From assembly GCF_002105155.1 (NCBI RefSeq), contig NW_019029016.1:186001-250000 (forward strand): DNA of 64,000 nt, in the 5' to 3' direction. Below are positions 19,718 to 33,341 of this stretch, piece after piece (the first letter of the stretch is position 1; every line of letters begins with the position of its first letter). The notes beneath the pieces are model-generated. The model was not told the DNA's origin. It did not search any database and saw only the letters and a list, made by a program, of their open reading frames with translations. Source of the stretch: Lobosporangium transversale. Its lineage: Eukaryota. The position numbers and the translations under genes were made by a program.

Positions 19718-22438
19718 ATGACAACCGAAATTACGCTCTTTTGCATTGTTGATGGCGATTCCACAGCATTTTCAGTTGACATTCTACCAAATAAGACTGT
19801 GGATCATCTCAAGAAGAAAATCAAGGAGGAGCAATCGCCTTTATTTGATAACCTTCGTGCGCAGGACCTCATCCTCTTTCATGTTTTAATCCCATCCGCA
19901 CCAAAAAGACAAATCGCGCTTAACAATCTGACTGCCGATGATGAGGCAAATAAGAAGCCGCAGGAACTTGACGACTCAACAAGCGAGATCTCTGAGGTCT
20001 TTGGTTCTACTCCAGCGAAGAAAACCATACACGTCATCGTCCAGCGGCCATTGCAAGGTAAGGGATTGGCTATTTGTTCTCAAACTTTTGTGTATGACAT
20101 CATAGTCTGCAATTGCGTCTTTTTGATTGCTGCTTCCATTTTGAGCTTATTTAAATTCTAATTGCTTGCTACTGCGGCATGCAAGCATTTAATTGCCATG
20201 TGGTGACGCTTGTTCTAATCATTGATTACTAATGATCCTTTTTTTATTTTTGGTTTTGCATTATTGCGGTTTAGATCCGTCTACTTCCACTTCGAGTAAG
20301 ACTCATTTGTTTAATTGGTTCTCTTCTTTTTTCAAAAGGTTAATCATCGCACATGTGCTTGACGGCTACCTCTGATGCTTTTTCTTTTTCTTTTTCTTTT
20401 TTTCTTGCCAATTTCTATCATTGCTTCCTTTACCAACAGACTCGGAGAAAAAAAGGAGGGCCGATGACTTATGTAAGCTAATTCTCCCTTAAGGATTGGA
20501 AACCGATTCTTTATTTTTCTCTTCTGACAGGTCTTGCTGTTTTTTTTTTTTTTTTAGCACCGCCAGATTTGAAAAAGAGGAGGTGGACAGTCAATGGACC
20601 GATCAGATTCGACGATGTTAATAAAGTCTACTATGTGGATCCTGCGGACCATGACAAAAATAAGGAAATACTACAGAGCGTTTTTCGCCGCGATTTAGTG
20701 ATGCTCATAGGCGCACGTGCCTCTGGAAAAACAACACGGTTGTATCGACTTATCCCCCAATTAGCTGACTTTGGGTATCGCTGCCTCCCGTAAGCCAACT
20801 CCTGCGAAAATGGATAAAGTGGATGCAATGTATGCGCTAATATACCAGTACTGACCCTCTATTTTTCATTTAGACTATCATTTGAGGGAGTTGCCGTTGA
20901 CAATAATGAGTCTGATTTCTGGAGAACTTTTGGAAATGCTCTTCGCCGCAACTATAAAGTCGATGACTTTACAACCCACGCTGATTTTCTCGATGCTTTC
21001 AGTCAAATTAAACTCCAGAACGAGAAGATTGTCATCTTGATTGATGAGTTTGATGAACTGTTCAAAGCATGTGATGAGGTCAGAAACAATTTTTTGAGAG
21101 CACTCCGAGACATCAGTAAAAACAATGTCTACGCCATTCACAGTGTTATCGTATGTGGAACCTTTAGTCTTCAGCGCCTTCGAACAACAGATCAACACAT
21201 ATCCCCGTTCCATGTCAACAATACTATCAGGAACCCGTATTTCACTCTTGATCAAACGCAGCAGCTCTTTAATGACTATGCGAAGGATGAGATGATTAAA
21301 ATAGATGATGAGATTATTCGAGACATACACTCGAAGTCAAATGGGTATGTTTTTTAAGCTTAGTTAACTCTCCACGAGTTGATGTGCCATTCTAATACAA
21401 TGAATTGTGCTCAATGTCAATAGTCATCCAGGAATGATTTGTCTTTGTGGACGCTCCATTCATGAGTATCTTCGCTCGAAAGTCAACGACTCGACGAATT
21501 GTCTCGATTACGATACATGGCAGGTCTTCTCCACACACAATCAAAATAAGAGGATGTTTTCGTACCATACTTTTAGAAGGATGGTTGATTCACTTTTGAG
21601 TGAATCAGCTACAGATGCTGTTAATCTTCTCCGAACAGATTTTATTGGGTATCTCGGCGATATATCTATCACAGACATGGAACAACAGGGATTGGCAGAC
21701 TTCCTAACTGCAGAAGGGGTGCTGATAAGACTTGATGACAGTAACTACCGTATGGCCTCAGCATTCATTGACTCGTTTGTGAGGAGATATATTATTCCAT
21801 CAAAATATCCCAACGCTCCTTCGGAGTCACCTCCAAAGGAAGGTCAAGAAGCATTATTGAATATTCTGGAGACTATGAAGATTGCTCTTCGATTTTTCGA
21901 TAAAAACTTGATTATGCAGGCGGGAATTCGATCATACAAAAGATCGGGGAAAACAGTTAAGGCTATGGGTAGATACAATGCCAAAGTCCCTCGGGAGAGC
22001 GTCTATGACACGGAATTGATGAGGGTTCTCACCAACTGGCTAAACAAAATAGAAGGATATGAGATCATTGGCCAGTGGCACCTCCGTGAGCTTGAGGACC
22101 ACAAATATAGTGATATTGTCATCAAGAAAGCAGGAGAGCCGACGGTTGTTATCGAGCTTTTGGCTACAGGGAGTCAATCTTCTATTAAGGACCATATCAG
22201 CAAGACGTCAACTTACAAACGTTTGCTCCCAGCAGAAGAAGCTTGGGTTGTTCATTTTACCTGTGAGGACGACTATTTTAAGCACCCATACTGGCAAACC
22301 GACGCGGAACTGGACCAAGGGGTGAATTTGGTGCATTTCTGGCACGATAGGGATTTTAATACAGTGCGGATGAGTGCTCGCCGGAAGGACAGTAGTGGCA
22401 ATACAAAGAGAATTGAAAATGAGCTGTTGACTGTCTAA
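19718..22438 (+). CDS. CRN-like effector: Ubl + P-loop NTPase + nuclease-like C-terminus; predicted exons 19718-20057, 20275-20295, 20440-20472, 20558-20789, 20874-21344, 21424-22438
   Basis: ITLFCIVDGD..LILFHV..TIHVIVQRP. All five GT-AG introns splice in frame. GARASGKTT, ILIDEFD, YSDIVI...VVIELLAT. Confidence 0.87.
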
Positions 22439-22483
22439 CAGCAATTCTATTTTTTTTTACCCAACATTGTAAGGACGTCCCAT

Positions 22484-22605
22484 TTTGGATAGCGAAGACG
22501 ACAAAGGAAGTCTTACGCTCATTATCCGTACCAGCGACCCTTTCCTGTGTGTAATCTTTCTCTTTAATAAATCTCGAGCTACAGAACTACCCTTAAACTA
22601 AAAAT

Positions 22606-22645
<40 letters not shown>

Positions 22646-25600
22646 CTCTCTGCTGGCTGATCTGGTACTACATCTTTCTTTTTCGACCGCTAAGAATCGT
22701 ATGCTCCTTGGGTGGCCGTGGGCGGGACAGGAAAGGGTCGCTGGTACGGATAATGAGCGTAAGACTTCCTTTGTCGTCTTCGCTATCCATTATCCTTCAT
22801 AGTCCAGCGACCCTTTCCTGTGACTCCAGAGATCAGCTAAGAATGGTTGTTGTGAAATTGCACCTGGTTCTACTTGACAACCGGTAGAAGTTCTTGTAAA
22901 CCTCTTGCGAGGCCCATCGGCCCTGCATGACGATCTCATCCAGGTCGGAACCTTTGAGGGCTGCTAGTGTGGAACCAGCGGCGCGTGCCTTAGGAATTCG
23001 AGTTTGTGATGGCATGGAAGCAAGGGACATGACACTCTTGATGTGGTTGCTTATTCGTTCCGCTCCTGTAGGTGAGTCTGGTTCGTTGACGTAGCGAATG
23101 AGAGGGTTATATGATAGATCTGGGAGCGTTGGATGTGGCCATTTCAGATTGCGGCCAACTAATCGTCGTACATAAGTCTTCCATGTGGCAACCGGACATA
23201 ATAGTGGGTCAAGTGTATGGATGGAAAGGAGAGAGGATGTATCTTGGTGGACTCCTTGCCTTGTCTGTTTCGGTCTTACTACGTAGACGTGTATTCCTTG
23301 TCTAGTTTCTTTACAACGTGAGAGGTCGATACGCTCGATATCGCTAGGTCGAAGAAATAAACACATGCCTAATAGCCAACACAATTTTTTGGTCAATTCC
23401 ATGGGTGAAATGGTATCGTTGTCACCTAGAGCTCGGAAGTAGTCGAGAACTGGCGTAATGTCGATATCTATATCTTTAGCAGGACAGACTTGATTGGCTT
23501 TAAGGACTTTGAAGAATTTGTTGAACGTATAGTCGTCTTCGAATACTTTTGAACCTGGGTATAGGCCTTTGAGATGTGCTCGATACGTTAAAATCGTCTG
23601 AGGTGACCAACCTTTAGCTCGTTTACCCCAAGCAAAGTAGTTGATGAGTGCTGTTGGGTTGGCCCTAGCGGGGTCAATATGGTTCCTTTGGCACCAACTG
23701 ATGTATCCTTTCTGGATATGGTTATATTTTTGACTTTTTTTAGTCTCTGAGGCCGAGTCAAGTAATACCTTTACGGCGTCCTCGTTGAGGCCTTGCTCCA
23801 AGAGACCTTGGCGCCGTCGATATTCCAGGCTAGCAAGCACCATGCCGGGTTCTTGTTCAGGATCCCCGGGTCTCGTGGCGAGGATGAGTGCACTGCTGCT
23901 CGTGTTAGATTGAGTGGCGTCGTCGTGGTCATCGCTCGGATAGTCGGGTACCATATCGCTCCTGTCCAATTGGGTGTGATCACCGTGGCTTTGAGGCGCT
24001 CTCTCTTTAGACGGTCCAGAATTTGGGGAATCAGGTTCCATGGTGGACATATGTATAATCTGCCCAAGTTCTTCCATGGTTGCAGTAGCGCATTCTGCGC
24101 TAGGGCGGACGGGTCGTACTTCCACGACATGTATGTCGGAAGTTGAGTGTTCTTGTGAGAGGCAAATAGGTCGATCTTGTGTGGTCCCCATAGTTTGTCT
24201 ATGGCTTGGAAGCATTCGGGTTTGAGGCTCCATTCTAGTTGGGTGTTTAATTGCCGGCTGGGTGGATCCGCCGGGTTGAACTCCGATGGTACGAAGGACG
24301 TCGAAATCATTGTCCCTGTCTGTAGGCAATGTTCCCAAATCTTTTCCGCAAGTTCCATTAACTGTGGTGACTTCGTTCCTCCAAATTTGTTCACATACGC
24401 GATCGTCGTTGTGTTGTCGCAGTACAAGTGAATTCGTTTGCCTTGTAATTGAGGTAGCTTGGTGGCATACCATACTACCATCAGTTCTTTCCAATTGATG
24501 TGTTGGCTGTGGTCCGACTGGTCCATACTCCTGAGTAGTGATAGTTCTTGTGGACTATTCCCCAGCCCGTGTCGGACGCATCCGTGAATATCTCCTCTTG
24601 AGGGGTTTGGGTTATCCAAGTGTGGCCGTTCCATTCTCGCAAATTGGTTATCCACCACTGGAGGTCCTCCTTGGCTTTCGTCGTCAACGAAATAGATGCC
24701 GTCCATGAATTCCCTTGTCGGAGAGCTTCGTTTCTCAGCTGGGTGAGGTTCTGAGTTCTTAGTCGTGCTGGAAGGACTGCTGCTGTCATGGACAGAGCTT
24801 TGCCTATGAATGATGCTAATGCTCTCAGAGTCATTTCTCCTTTCTTTATCATCTTGGATGCCTCTCTGCGGACATCTCGGATCTTGTTCTTGGGTACCGA
24901 CAGTGTCATCTTGCGGCTGTCGATTGTGAATCCTAGGTGTTGGACTGTCTGTGTCGGCTTTAGATGTGATTTCGACTCCTTCACCTTGAATCCTACGGAT
25001 GCTAGTCGCTGGAGAACCATCTCGGTATGTATCTCCGACAACTGTTGTGATGAGGCTACTATCAGGATATCGTCCAGATACGCTGCTATCCTTATCCCTT
25101 TCCTTCTGGCCCATTTCAGCACTGGTTTCAGCATCTTGGTGAATACGTAAGGGGCTAACGACAGCCCGAAGGGGAGCACCCGAAACTGGTAAGTTTTCTC
25201 CTTCCATTGAAATTGAAGGAACCGGCGTGATTCGGGGTGTATTAGAATATGTAGGAAGGCATCCTCTAAGTCTATACTCGTCATGTAATCCTTTTTGTTT
25301 ATCATATTGCAAACCGTCTTCATTGATTCCATTTTGAAATGAGGGGGTGAAATAAATTTGTTCAGTGGCTTTAGGTTCAATACGGGGCGTAGATCCCCCG
25401 TTTTCTTTGGAATAGTAAAGATGCGGCTCACGAACCCATGTTCTGAAGCTTCCTCTATGGCTTTCTTGGCTAATAATGCTACAATTTCTTGTTCTATCGT
25501 CTTCATTTCTTCTTTGGAGCGGACGCTGCTGTGTGTTGTTGTATTGCTGATTGGTGGTAGCGAATCGAACGGGATTTCGTATCCATTCTGAATAACTCTG

Positions 25601-26840
25601 CGTACCCATTTCTCGTCTGTTAATAGATTCCATGCTGTTTGGTAGAGGTGTAGTCGACCTCCTACTGGCGCCCCCTTCCTTGTCCCCTTCCCCGTGTGGA
25701 AGGGGAGCTCCGAAAAAATTGGCCGCCCAAGCCGTAATTATTATTTTGCTGTGGTTGCGTTGTTTGTTGGCTTTGAGTCTGAGGGGTCGCTTGTTGATAC
25801 TGCTGTGTTTGAGTAGCTGAATTGTTTCCAAAGCGACCTTGCCTGCCTCGGTAGTCTCTACCTCGGTTAGGATTGCTGTATTTCTTGACATTTTGCGAAA
25901 GCTTGGCATGTTCAAGTAAATCGGCTGTTTCGACCAGTTGGCGTCTGGTCGATGTGTCTGGAGGAGTGATAAATTTCTTTTCCTTGTAGAATGCTTCAGT
26001 GCGGATTTTATTGATCTGCTCGCAGAGCATGGATATTTGAGTTTGGACTGTATCCAGGGTGCGGAGGATATGTAGTACTGGAACGTCCTCACCGTTTTGA
26101 GAGACAAGTGCATGCGCTGTTGCAGCGAGTGGCCTCGTAATGTGTGCTGCTTTTGTTGCCAGTGTGACCAATTTCTGATCAGCATTCTTGAGACTATCGG
26201 AAATAGCCCATTCTTTGGGGATTGCTGGAGGTGTGTATTCCATATCTTCCACTTTTGGAAATTGGCTAATATCGTAGTAACGTTGTTCCTCGTCATTAAA
26301 CTTAACTGTGTGGAATTCTTTTCGTCTCTTGAGGGAAGGCATGACCTGTTCCAAATCCTCGTAGGGTGCCAGGTAGCACAGGGGCTCCGCGCGACGCATA
26401 AATGGGTCTTGGATTGGTGTGTCTGGCTGGTGGAACGCGCCTCCGTTCTGGGAGAACTGCGTGAGAGCACTGATAGCTTGCAGGATCTCCGGAGGGAGGG
26501 CATATCTGTTTTCTGGAAGGGAAGTGTTACTGGGTAGGGTGGATGGTGGAGCGGGGTTGCCCTCCAGGATCGAAGGACCGGGATTGCCGTCCGTAGAGTT
26601 AGAAGCAGTGTATGTGTTGTGGACATTGTTATCGTTGAAGTTCATTTTTCTATGGAGATGGACGTGTTCCGGAAGCTCGAGAAAAAGAAAGATGTAGTAC
26701 CAGATCAGCCAGCAGAGAGAATTTAAAAAAAAAAAAAAAAAAAAAAAAGTTTATTTTTAGTTTAAGGGTAGTTCTGTAGCTCGAGATTTATTAAAGAGAA
26801 AGATTACACAGGAAAGGGTCGCTGGACTATGAAGGATAAT
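22484..26840 (-). mobile_element. DIRS1-like retrotransposon, family B (frameshift near 24500)
   Basis: ITRs ~22520..22685 vs ~26680..26840, ICR ~22726..22822, gag 25662..26645, RT (YLDD)-RH-MT 23771..~25720, YR 22833..24494 (FLRPSDI, PKARAAGST, YKNFYR). Confidence 0.94.
25662..26645 (-). CDS. DIRS gag-like ORF1 (family B)
   Basis: Position after the 5' ITR, ITRPL motif, RG-rich tail. Confidence 0.8.
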   Translation of the reverse strand: MNFNDNNVHNTYTASNSTDGNPGPSILEGNPAPPSTLPSNTSLPENRYALPPEILQAISALTQFSQNGGAFHQPDTPIQDPFMRRAEPLCYLAPYEDLEQVMPSLKRRKEFHTVKFNDEEQRYYDISQFPKVEDMEYTPPAIPKEWAISDSLKNADQKLVTLATKAAHITRPLAATAHALVSQNGEDVPVLHILRTLDTVQTQISMLCEQINKIRTEAFYKEKKFITPPDTSTRRQLVETADLLEHAKLSQNVKKYSNPNRGRDYRGRQGRFGNNSATQTQQYQQATPQTQSQQTTQPQQNNNYGLGGQFFRSSPSTRGRGQGRGRQ

Positions 26841-26851
26841 AATAAAAATTT

Positions 26852-29800
26852 GTGATTCTATATTCCAATAGTATGGATACTATCCCCACCGCTAGAAGGA
26901 GGTTCCAACAAGAATTAATCTCAGGCCCCAATATCGAGCGCCATAGACACCGCTTAGAGCAGATGGTCCGGTGCCCTTATTGCAATGCTATCATGTTCCT
27001 TGAAGAACGAGTGAAAAACACCAAGCACCGACCAGAATTTTCGTTGTGCTGCGGTAGAGGTCAAGTCAAAATCCCTCATCTGGAGGGTATTCCGCGCCGC
27101 TTTTTAGAGGTCTTTGGTGGCCAAGACGCGAGAAGCAAAGCCATTCGAAATAATGCACGGCAATACAACTGTGCTCTGTCCTTTACGTCGATGAAAGTAA
27201 ACCATGACAGGAGCCTTGCAAACAGCCAACAAGGCGTGTACACTTTCCGTATTATCGGAGGTATCGCTCACCTGATTGGCCCTCTGAGCCCGTCTGAAGG
27301 TGTAGATCCTCAGTTTTTACAGATCCACAGCCATATTCATGACCCTGAAGAGCAGGCCAAAATTCGCAATGGGTACTTTGAAGGTTCTCTCGACAGCAGT
27401 TTGTTAATTGAGCTACAACAGCTTCTCGAACGACATCACCCGATGGCCCGTTTACTCAAGAACATTAAAGAGCGTGTCAATGGTCAAGATACTCAGTTAA
27501 GGGTCGTCATCCGTGCTGAGTCCCAACGTGACCTAAGGAGCCAAGGACGGAGACAATATGGTCCCCCTTCGTCCTCTGAAATCGCTGTTTTGATGCCTGG
27601 TGATGATAGCCAAGTTTCAAGAAGGGATATAGTTATTGAATACAAAGGGGGCGGTTTACAGCAGATCAGCGAGACTCATCCGTCATACAACAGCCTTCAC
27701 TACGTTCTCTTGCATCCGAATGGTGAGTGTGGGTGGACATACGGCAAGTATAAGAAGGAAAGCGGGTCAGAGCTAGGGTCTGAAAGGTCTCTTGGAGAAA
27801 GCGATGGTGAGGATGTTGAGGATGACCAGATGGAACCTCATGAGAGCCGGACGAAAAAAACCCGAGAGTTCGTCAGCCAAAGGGAGTTCTATGCATATAG
27901 ACTGCAAATCCGCCCAATGAGCTCAACAGATCAACGATCCTGCATTTGGATGATTCCACGTTTGGCTCACCAATATATTGTCGACCAATATTACAAGTTG
28001 GAAACTTCTCGGCTCCTATATATCAGTATGAATCAAGCTAAGCTCAAAGCGGATGCATATATCGGCATAGTAGATGCAATTGACCTCAATCTCAGGCCAG
28101 AGAATATTGGAAAGCGGATTATCTTACCATCTTCCTTTGTTGGAGGCCCCAGATTTATGCAACAGTTGTTCCAAGATGCCATTGCCATGGTTCGGAAGTT
28201 TGGCAAGCCAGATCTCTTCATCACCTTCACATGTAATCCCCAGTGGCCAGAGATCCAGGAGGCTCTTTATGAAGGCCAAACAGCAGCTGATTGGCCTGAC
28301 CTTTGCGTACGAGTATTTAATCTCAAAAAGAAGGCTCTAGAGGATGACCTCTTCAAGAAAGATGTCCTAGGGAAAGTTATTGCTTACAATTGGGTCGTCG
28401 AGTTCCAGAAACGTGGTTTGCCGCATCAGCATCTCCTCATAATTCTTGACGATGGAAGCAAGCCTCGGACTGCAGGCGACATTGACTCTATTGTGTCTGC
28501 AGAGATCCCCGATCGACACAGTGCCCCGCTTGCGTACGAGACAGTAACTTCCCACATGGTACATGGACCATGTGGGGTCCATAATTCTAAAGCGCCATGC
28601 ATGGTGGAAGGGAGCTGCAGCAAAAAGTACCCACGCTCATTTTTGGGAAATACTGCAAGAAGCGAGGATGGCTACCCGAACTATCGTCGACGTAATGATC
28701 CTGCACGCTCCTTTGTAAACTCAAAAGGCAACACTGTCGACAACACTTGGGTTGTTCCTCACAATTTATGGCTTACAACCAAATATAACGCTCATATTAA
28801 CGTTGAAGTCTGTGGATCAGTGTCATCAGTCAAGTATATTTACAAATACGTGCACAAGGGTCATGATAGAGCATCAGTTGCTGTCGTGGCTGGCAGCGGA
28901 TGGAGGAAATGTTAATCTCGATGAGGTCAGCAAATACAGGGATAGCCGATATGTATCTACTTGCGAGAGCTTATGGCGTATGTATGGCTTTGCGCTCCAT
29001 GGGCAATCCCATAATGTTGTTCGACTGCCTGTCCATCTGGAGGATCAGCAGCAAGTGGTCTTCGGTTCTGATGCTAACCTCGAGCAAGTCATCTCCTGTG
29101 CCCAGACTCGCAGCTCATGGCATGGTTCAAGCTCAATAGCGCCATTGAGAAAGAAATTTCGAGGGCAGAAGCAACAAATGCAGCCAATGCCGAAGCGGCA
29201 AGCAATATAAAGGTACCAGAATACTATTTGTACCCTGATGTGCCTTATCACTACACCTGGGACAAGCGCAGTAGAAGATGGAGAGAGAGAGCCAGGACCA
29301 ATAGCACGAAGGTTCTCTCTAGAATCTATTTTGTCCAGCCAAAAGAACGCGAAAGGTATTGTCTTCGGCTGCTGCTTATGCATGTCAAAGGAGCAAAGAG
29401 TTTTGCTGAGCTCCGCACCGTGCCTGAAGTCAACAAGGTCTTTGATACGTTTTACTCAGCTGCCCTTGCTCGCGGCTTGCTCGAGGATGATGAAGAATGG
29501 AGTCGTTGCTTGGAAGAAGCATCCACATATCAGTTACCGAGGATGTTGCGGCACCTGTTTGGTATTATGATGATCAACTGTAGTCTCTCTGACCCACTGG
29601 CTCTTTGGACTCGCTTTGCAAGGGACCTGTCAGAAGACTTCCTTCATATATGTAAAGGACTCCAGGGAGAAGCAACTGCTACTGCGGAGGGTATCGCAGA
29701 GGAACAAGCTAAGAGCTCGGCACTCTACGATCTGAATGAAGTGCTGAAGGAGCTTGGGTCCTGCCTGGCTAACTTTCCAGAGATGCCTCAAGGAATAGAA

Positions 29801-31321
29801 AATGCCCTACAGGAGGAAGATCAAGTTGATGACACGCAGAAGCAATGGGAATTTGAACAAGAGGCTCTCAATAACGTGATACACTTGAACTTGGACCAGA
29901 GGATAGCCTTTGAACACATCATTAAGGCAGCCAAGGGTGAGGTTCATGAGAGACTTTTTTTCATTGATGGCCCAGGAGGAACAGGCAAATCCTTTTTATA
30001 CAACACGCTCATTGGTTGTCTCACTGACCGACATAAGCGAAGTGTGATTGCTGTCGCATCATCAGGAATTGCCTCTCTTATTCTCCATAACGGCCATACA
30101 GCCCATTCTACGTTCAAGATACCGATCCCTGTTGACTGTCGCTCCATCTGCTATCTTGGTATGCGGCAAGATGCTGCCGTAAGAATACGTAATGCTGATG
30201 TCGTCTTCTGGGATGAGGCTCCTTTGCAGCATAAGCATTGTTTTGAGGCTGTAGACAGGCTGCTTCGAGACATTATGGAACAGGATACTCCGTTCGGTGG
30301 TAAAGTGTTTGTATTTGGAGGCGACTTCAGACAGGTACTTCCGGTTGTCATCCGTGGGACACAGGCTCAGATTGAGGATGCTTCATTGAAAAGATCTTAT
30401 ATTTGGCCTTCGGTGACGACACTCAGACTGAGCAAGAATATGCGAGTTAACAGCCATCCTGAGAACCAAGCGTTTGTCGAATGGCTACTCCGTATTGGTG
30501 AAGGGACAGAGCCGACCGTTAGTTTTGGCCCTCATGGCGACTATATCAGGATACCTGACAACTTGGTCCTTGACGCCCCAGCTGTAAATAAGGATCACAG
30601 TCACGAAAAGCTACTAATTAGGCAGATATTTCCAGACATCGAAACTGCTGGACTCTGGCCTGAAATACTCATTGAGCGCGCTATATTGAGCCCTCTCAAT
30701 GAAGATGTAGACAGGCTAAACCAATTGGCTACCACTATGCTCTGTAGTACTCAGCAATCAGTCAGTTATATTGGTCAAGATAGCCTACAAGACCCTGAAG
30801 CAACAGCTCCGGTCCATTATCCTGTAGAATATCTAAACAAGCTTAGTCCACCAGGCTTGCCTCCATTCAAACTGGAGTTGAAAGTCGGTCAACCTGTCAT
30901 CCTTCTTCGCAACTTGAATCCAAAGCGCGGACTATGTAATGGCACCCGCATGATTGTGCGTGCGTTGGGCACAAGAATGATCCAGACTGAGATTATCAAT
31001 GGGCAATATCGAGGGGAGCGTGTTTTCATTCCTCGCATACCGCTTACAACGATTGATGACCGCTCTTCGCCAGTTATGTTCTGCAGACGCCAATTTCCAG
31101 TCAAGCCAGCCTTCGCCATGACTATCAATAAGTCACAAGGACAGACACTTAAACATGTCGGTGTTTATCTTCCTCAAGATGTCTTCAGTCATGGCCATCT
31201 CTACGTTGCTTTATCACGGTGTACTGACCCAAACAATCTTAAGGTGCTGGTCGGGAATGGGAAGGTACAAGCCAAGCCTGGGATATACACCAGAAACATT
31301 GTCTTCAAGGGCGCATTGTAG
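26852..31321 (+). pseudogene. Helitron Rep/Hel (HUH endonuclease + PIF1 helicase) with frameshifts near 28890 and 29100
   Basis: CPYC..LCC, FITFTCNP, EFQKRGLPHQH, KYIYKY; GPGGTGKS, WDEAP, GDFRQVLPV, FAMTINKSQGQTL, LYVALSR. Confidence 0.95.
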
Positions 31322-31575
31322 TCACAATATCTTGGTTTTCAGACATCCTGCTGCTTCTTCATCTCCAAGTCATTCACGTCAACTTTCAGCTCATCTCCAT
31401 TGTTATCCAATCTGACGTTATTTTGTAGCACTTATTTGTATTTTACTTGCATTTATATTTTGTATTTTATTTTGCATTTATATTTTGTATTTTATTTTGT
31501 TTTTGTATTTTATTTTGTACGATAAAGATAACTTACTATGTTGTAAGCATTAAATTTTATTACGAGGCAAGAGCA

Positions 31576-31605
31576 GGCCGTGGCGAAGCCACGGTCTCCG
31601 GCTCG
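31576..31605 (+). other. Helitron 3' terminus: hairpin + CTCG|T
   Basis: CCGTGGC-GAA-GCCACGG followed by CTCG; the next bases continue the TIR of the adjacent palindrome at an A|T site. Confidence 0.75.
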
Positions 31606-32924
31606 TTGATTTTAATATCAGGTGTCTAGTATGGCATACTAGTACTGCGTACCAAAATAACGAAAATTTAGTATGACATACTCGTACTGCGTACCAAAAT
31701 AACAAAAACAATCCCGCTTCCACAGCTGCAAAGTATCCAAACTCACCATCACTCTTCACAAAACCTGTCGTATAGACCATCTGGTCTCTATGGTTCCTGA
31801 GAACGGGGATGTACGTATATGGAGTACTCAGGCACTCTGAGAGCATTGCAGAGATGGATCCCATGAATGCATATTAATATCAATTTCACCCTCGTTCCGA
31901 GCGCTCTTTTTTCTGACGAAGTGATACTAGACAACATTCATAGACAAAGATTGACATTCATAAATAAATATGCAAGTAATACTAACACAAAAACTGACCC
32001 GCACAAAACCCATAGAAAGTGGTATTAAATCTTCTTTCATGATACCATTTTTGTTACTTTGGTACGTAGTACTGGTATGCCATACTGGGCACTTGATACT
32101 AAAATCACAACATACCTCTAGCAAAAAAGGGGCCGGAAAGGTGTTTTGTTTTTCTTTAGGCAGGAAATAAAAAATGAAAATGGTGAATGGGGCTAGATGC
32201 ACTAAAAGAGTGGAGGCAAGTAAATGGTGGACATGGTGCATCGTGATGATATAGCTTGATATATGGTGTTTGCTGATACTTTTTTTTCCTGATTGATTTT
32301 TACTAATTAATTTTTACTGATTTTTTCCCACAAACTCATAGGCGGATCAGATCCTACTAGCAGAAATCAGTCGCCTATTACATACAAAGGAAGGAAAAAA
32401 ATCAGTAGAAAAAAACCAGCAGACACCATATATCAAACTATACCATCACGATGCACTATGTTCACCGTTTACTTGCCTCCACTCTTTTAGCGCATCTAGC
32501 CCCATTCACCATTTTCATTTTTTATTCCCTGCCTACAAAAATGCAAAACACCTCTCCGCCCCCTTTTTTGCTAGAGGTATGTTATCGAATCCATACAGAT
32601 ATAAAAAGATCGTATTGACTTTAGTATCAAGTGTCCAGTATGGCATACTCGTACTGCGTACCAAATTAACGAAAGTTTAGTATAACATACTCATACTGCG
32701 TCTAGTATCACTTCATCAGAAAAAAGAGCGCTCGGGACGAGGGTGAAATTGATATTAGTATGCATTTATGGGATCCATCTCTGCAATGCTCTCAGAGTGC
32801 CTGAGCACTACATATACGCATATCCGCGTTCTCAGGAACCATAGAGACCAGATGGTCTATACGACAGGTTTTGTGAAGAGGGATGGTGAGTTTGGATACT
32901 TTGCAGCTGTGGAAGCGGGATTGT
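31606..32924. repeat. Composite palindrome / foldback element, copy 1 (X arm - Y core 32111..32581 - inverted X arm)
   Basis: Long inverted arms; Y bounded by CATACCTCTAGCAAAAAAGGGG inverted repeats; X arms carry repeated AGTATG.CATACT motifs. Confidence 0.88.
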
Positions 32925-33341
32925 ATAATAGTCGGCTACCTTTCCCGTGACATGCATCCAAAGAATGGCAAAAAAAATCGGTATGTACTGAAGCAAATAC
33001 TAAAATCTGCAACTTTAGTACTCAACTCTAGTATTAGTACTAGTATGTCATACTATTCCTGAAATACACCTTTTTCTTCCACACCGCTCCGCTACACCAA
33101 ACTATACACCAACTAACACCAACTAACACCAACTATACACCAACTATACACCATTTTTTTTTTTTTTTTTTTTTTTTTTATTTTCCACTAAACACTAACT
33201 ATACACCGATTTTTTTTTTTTTTTACTTTCCATTGTATACCACTTTACTAACTTTTTTTTAATTCTGCCGCGAATCATCATTAAACATCACTAACCCTCG
33301 ATTCATTTTGAACTTTATAACATGATTATCTTTTACTCTAG

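Noticed and set aside
19718..31605. CRN gene captured inside the Rep/Hel Helitron
   Set aside because: The nearest Helitron 5' end (19510) points the other way, and no plus-strand 5' terminus was identified.
31620..31705. CRISPR-like or iteron array from AGTATG.CATACT.GTACTGCGTACCAAA repeats
   Set aside because: Only 1-2 units per arm, no unique spacers, eukaryotic context; better read as subterminal repeats.
31550..31864. Short ORF MGSISAMLSECL... repeated in all four palindrome arms
   Set aside because: Recurs only because the DNA is repeated; variable C-termini and no recognisable domain.
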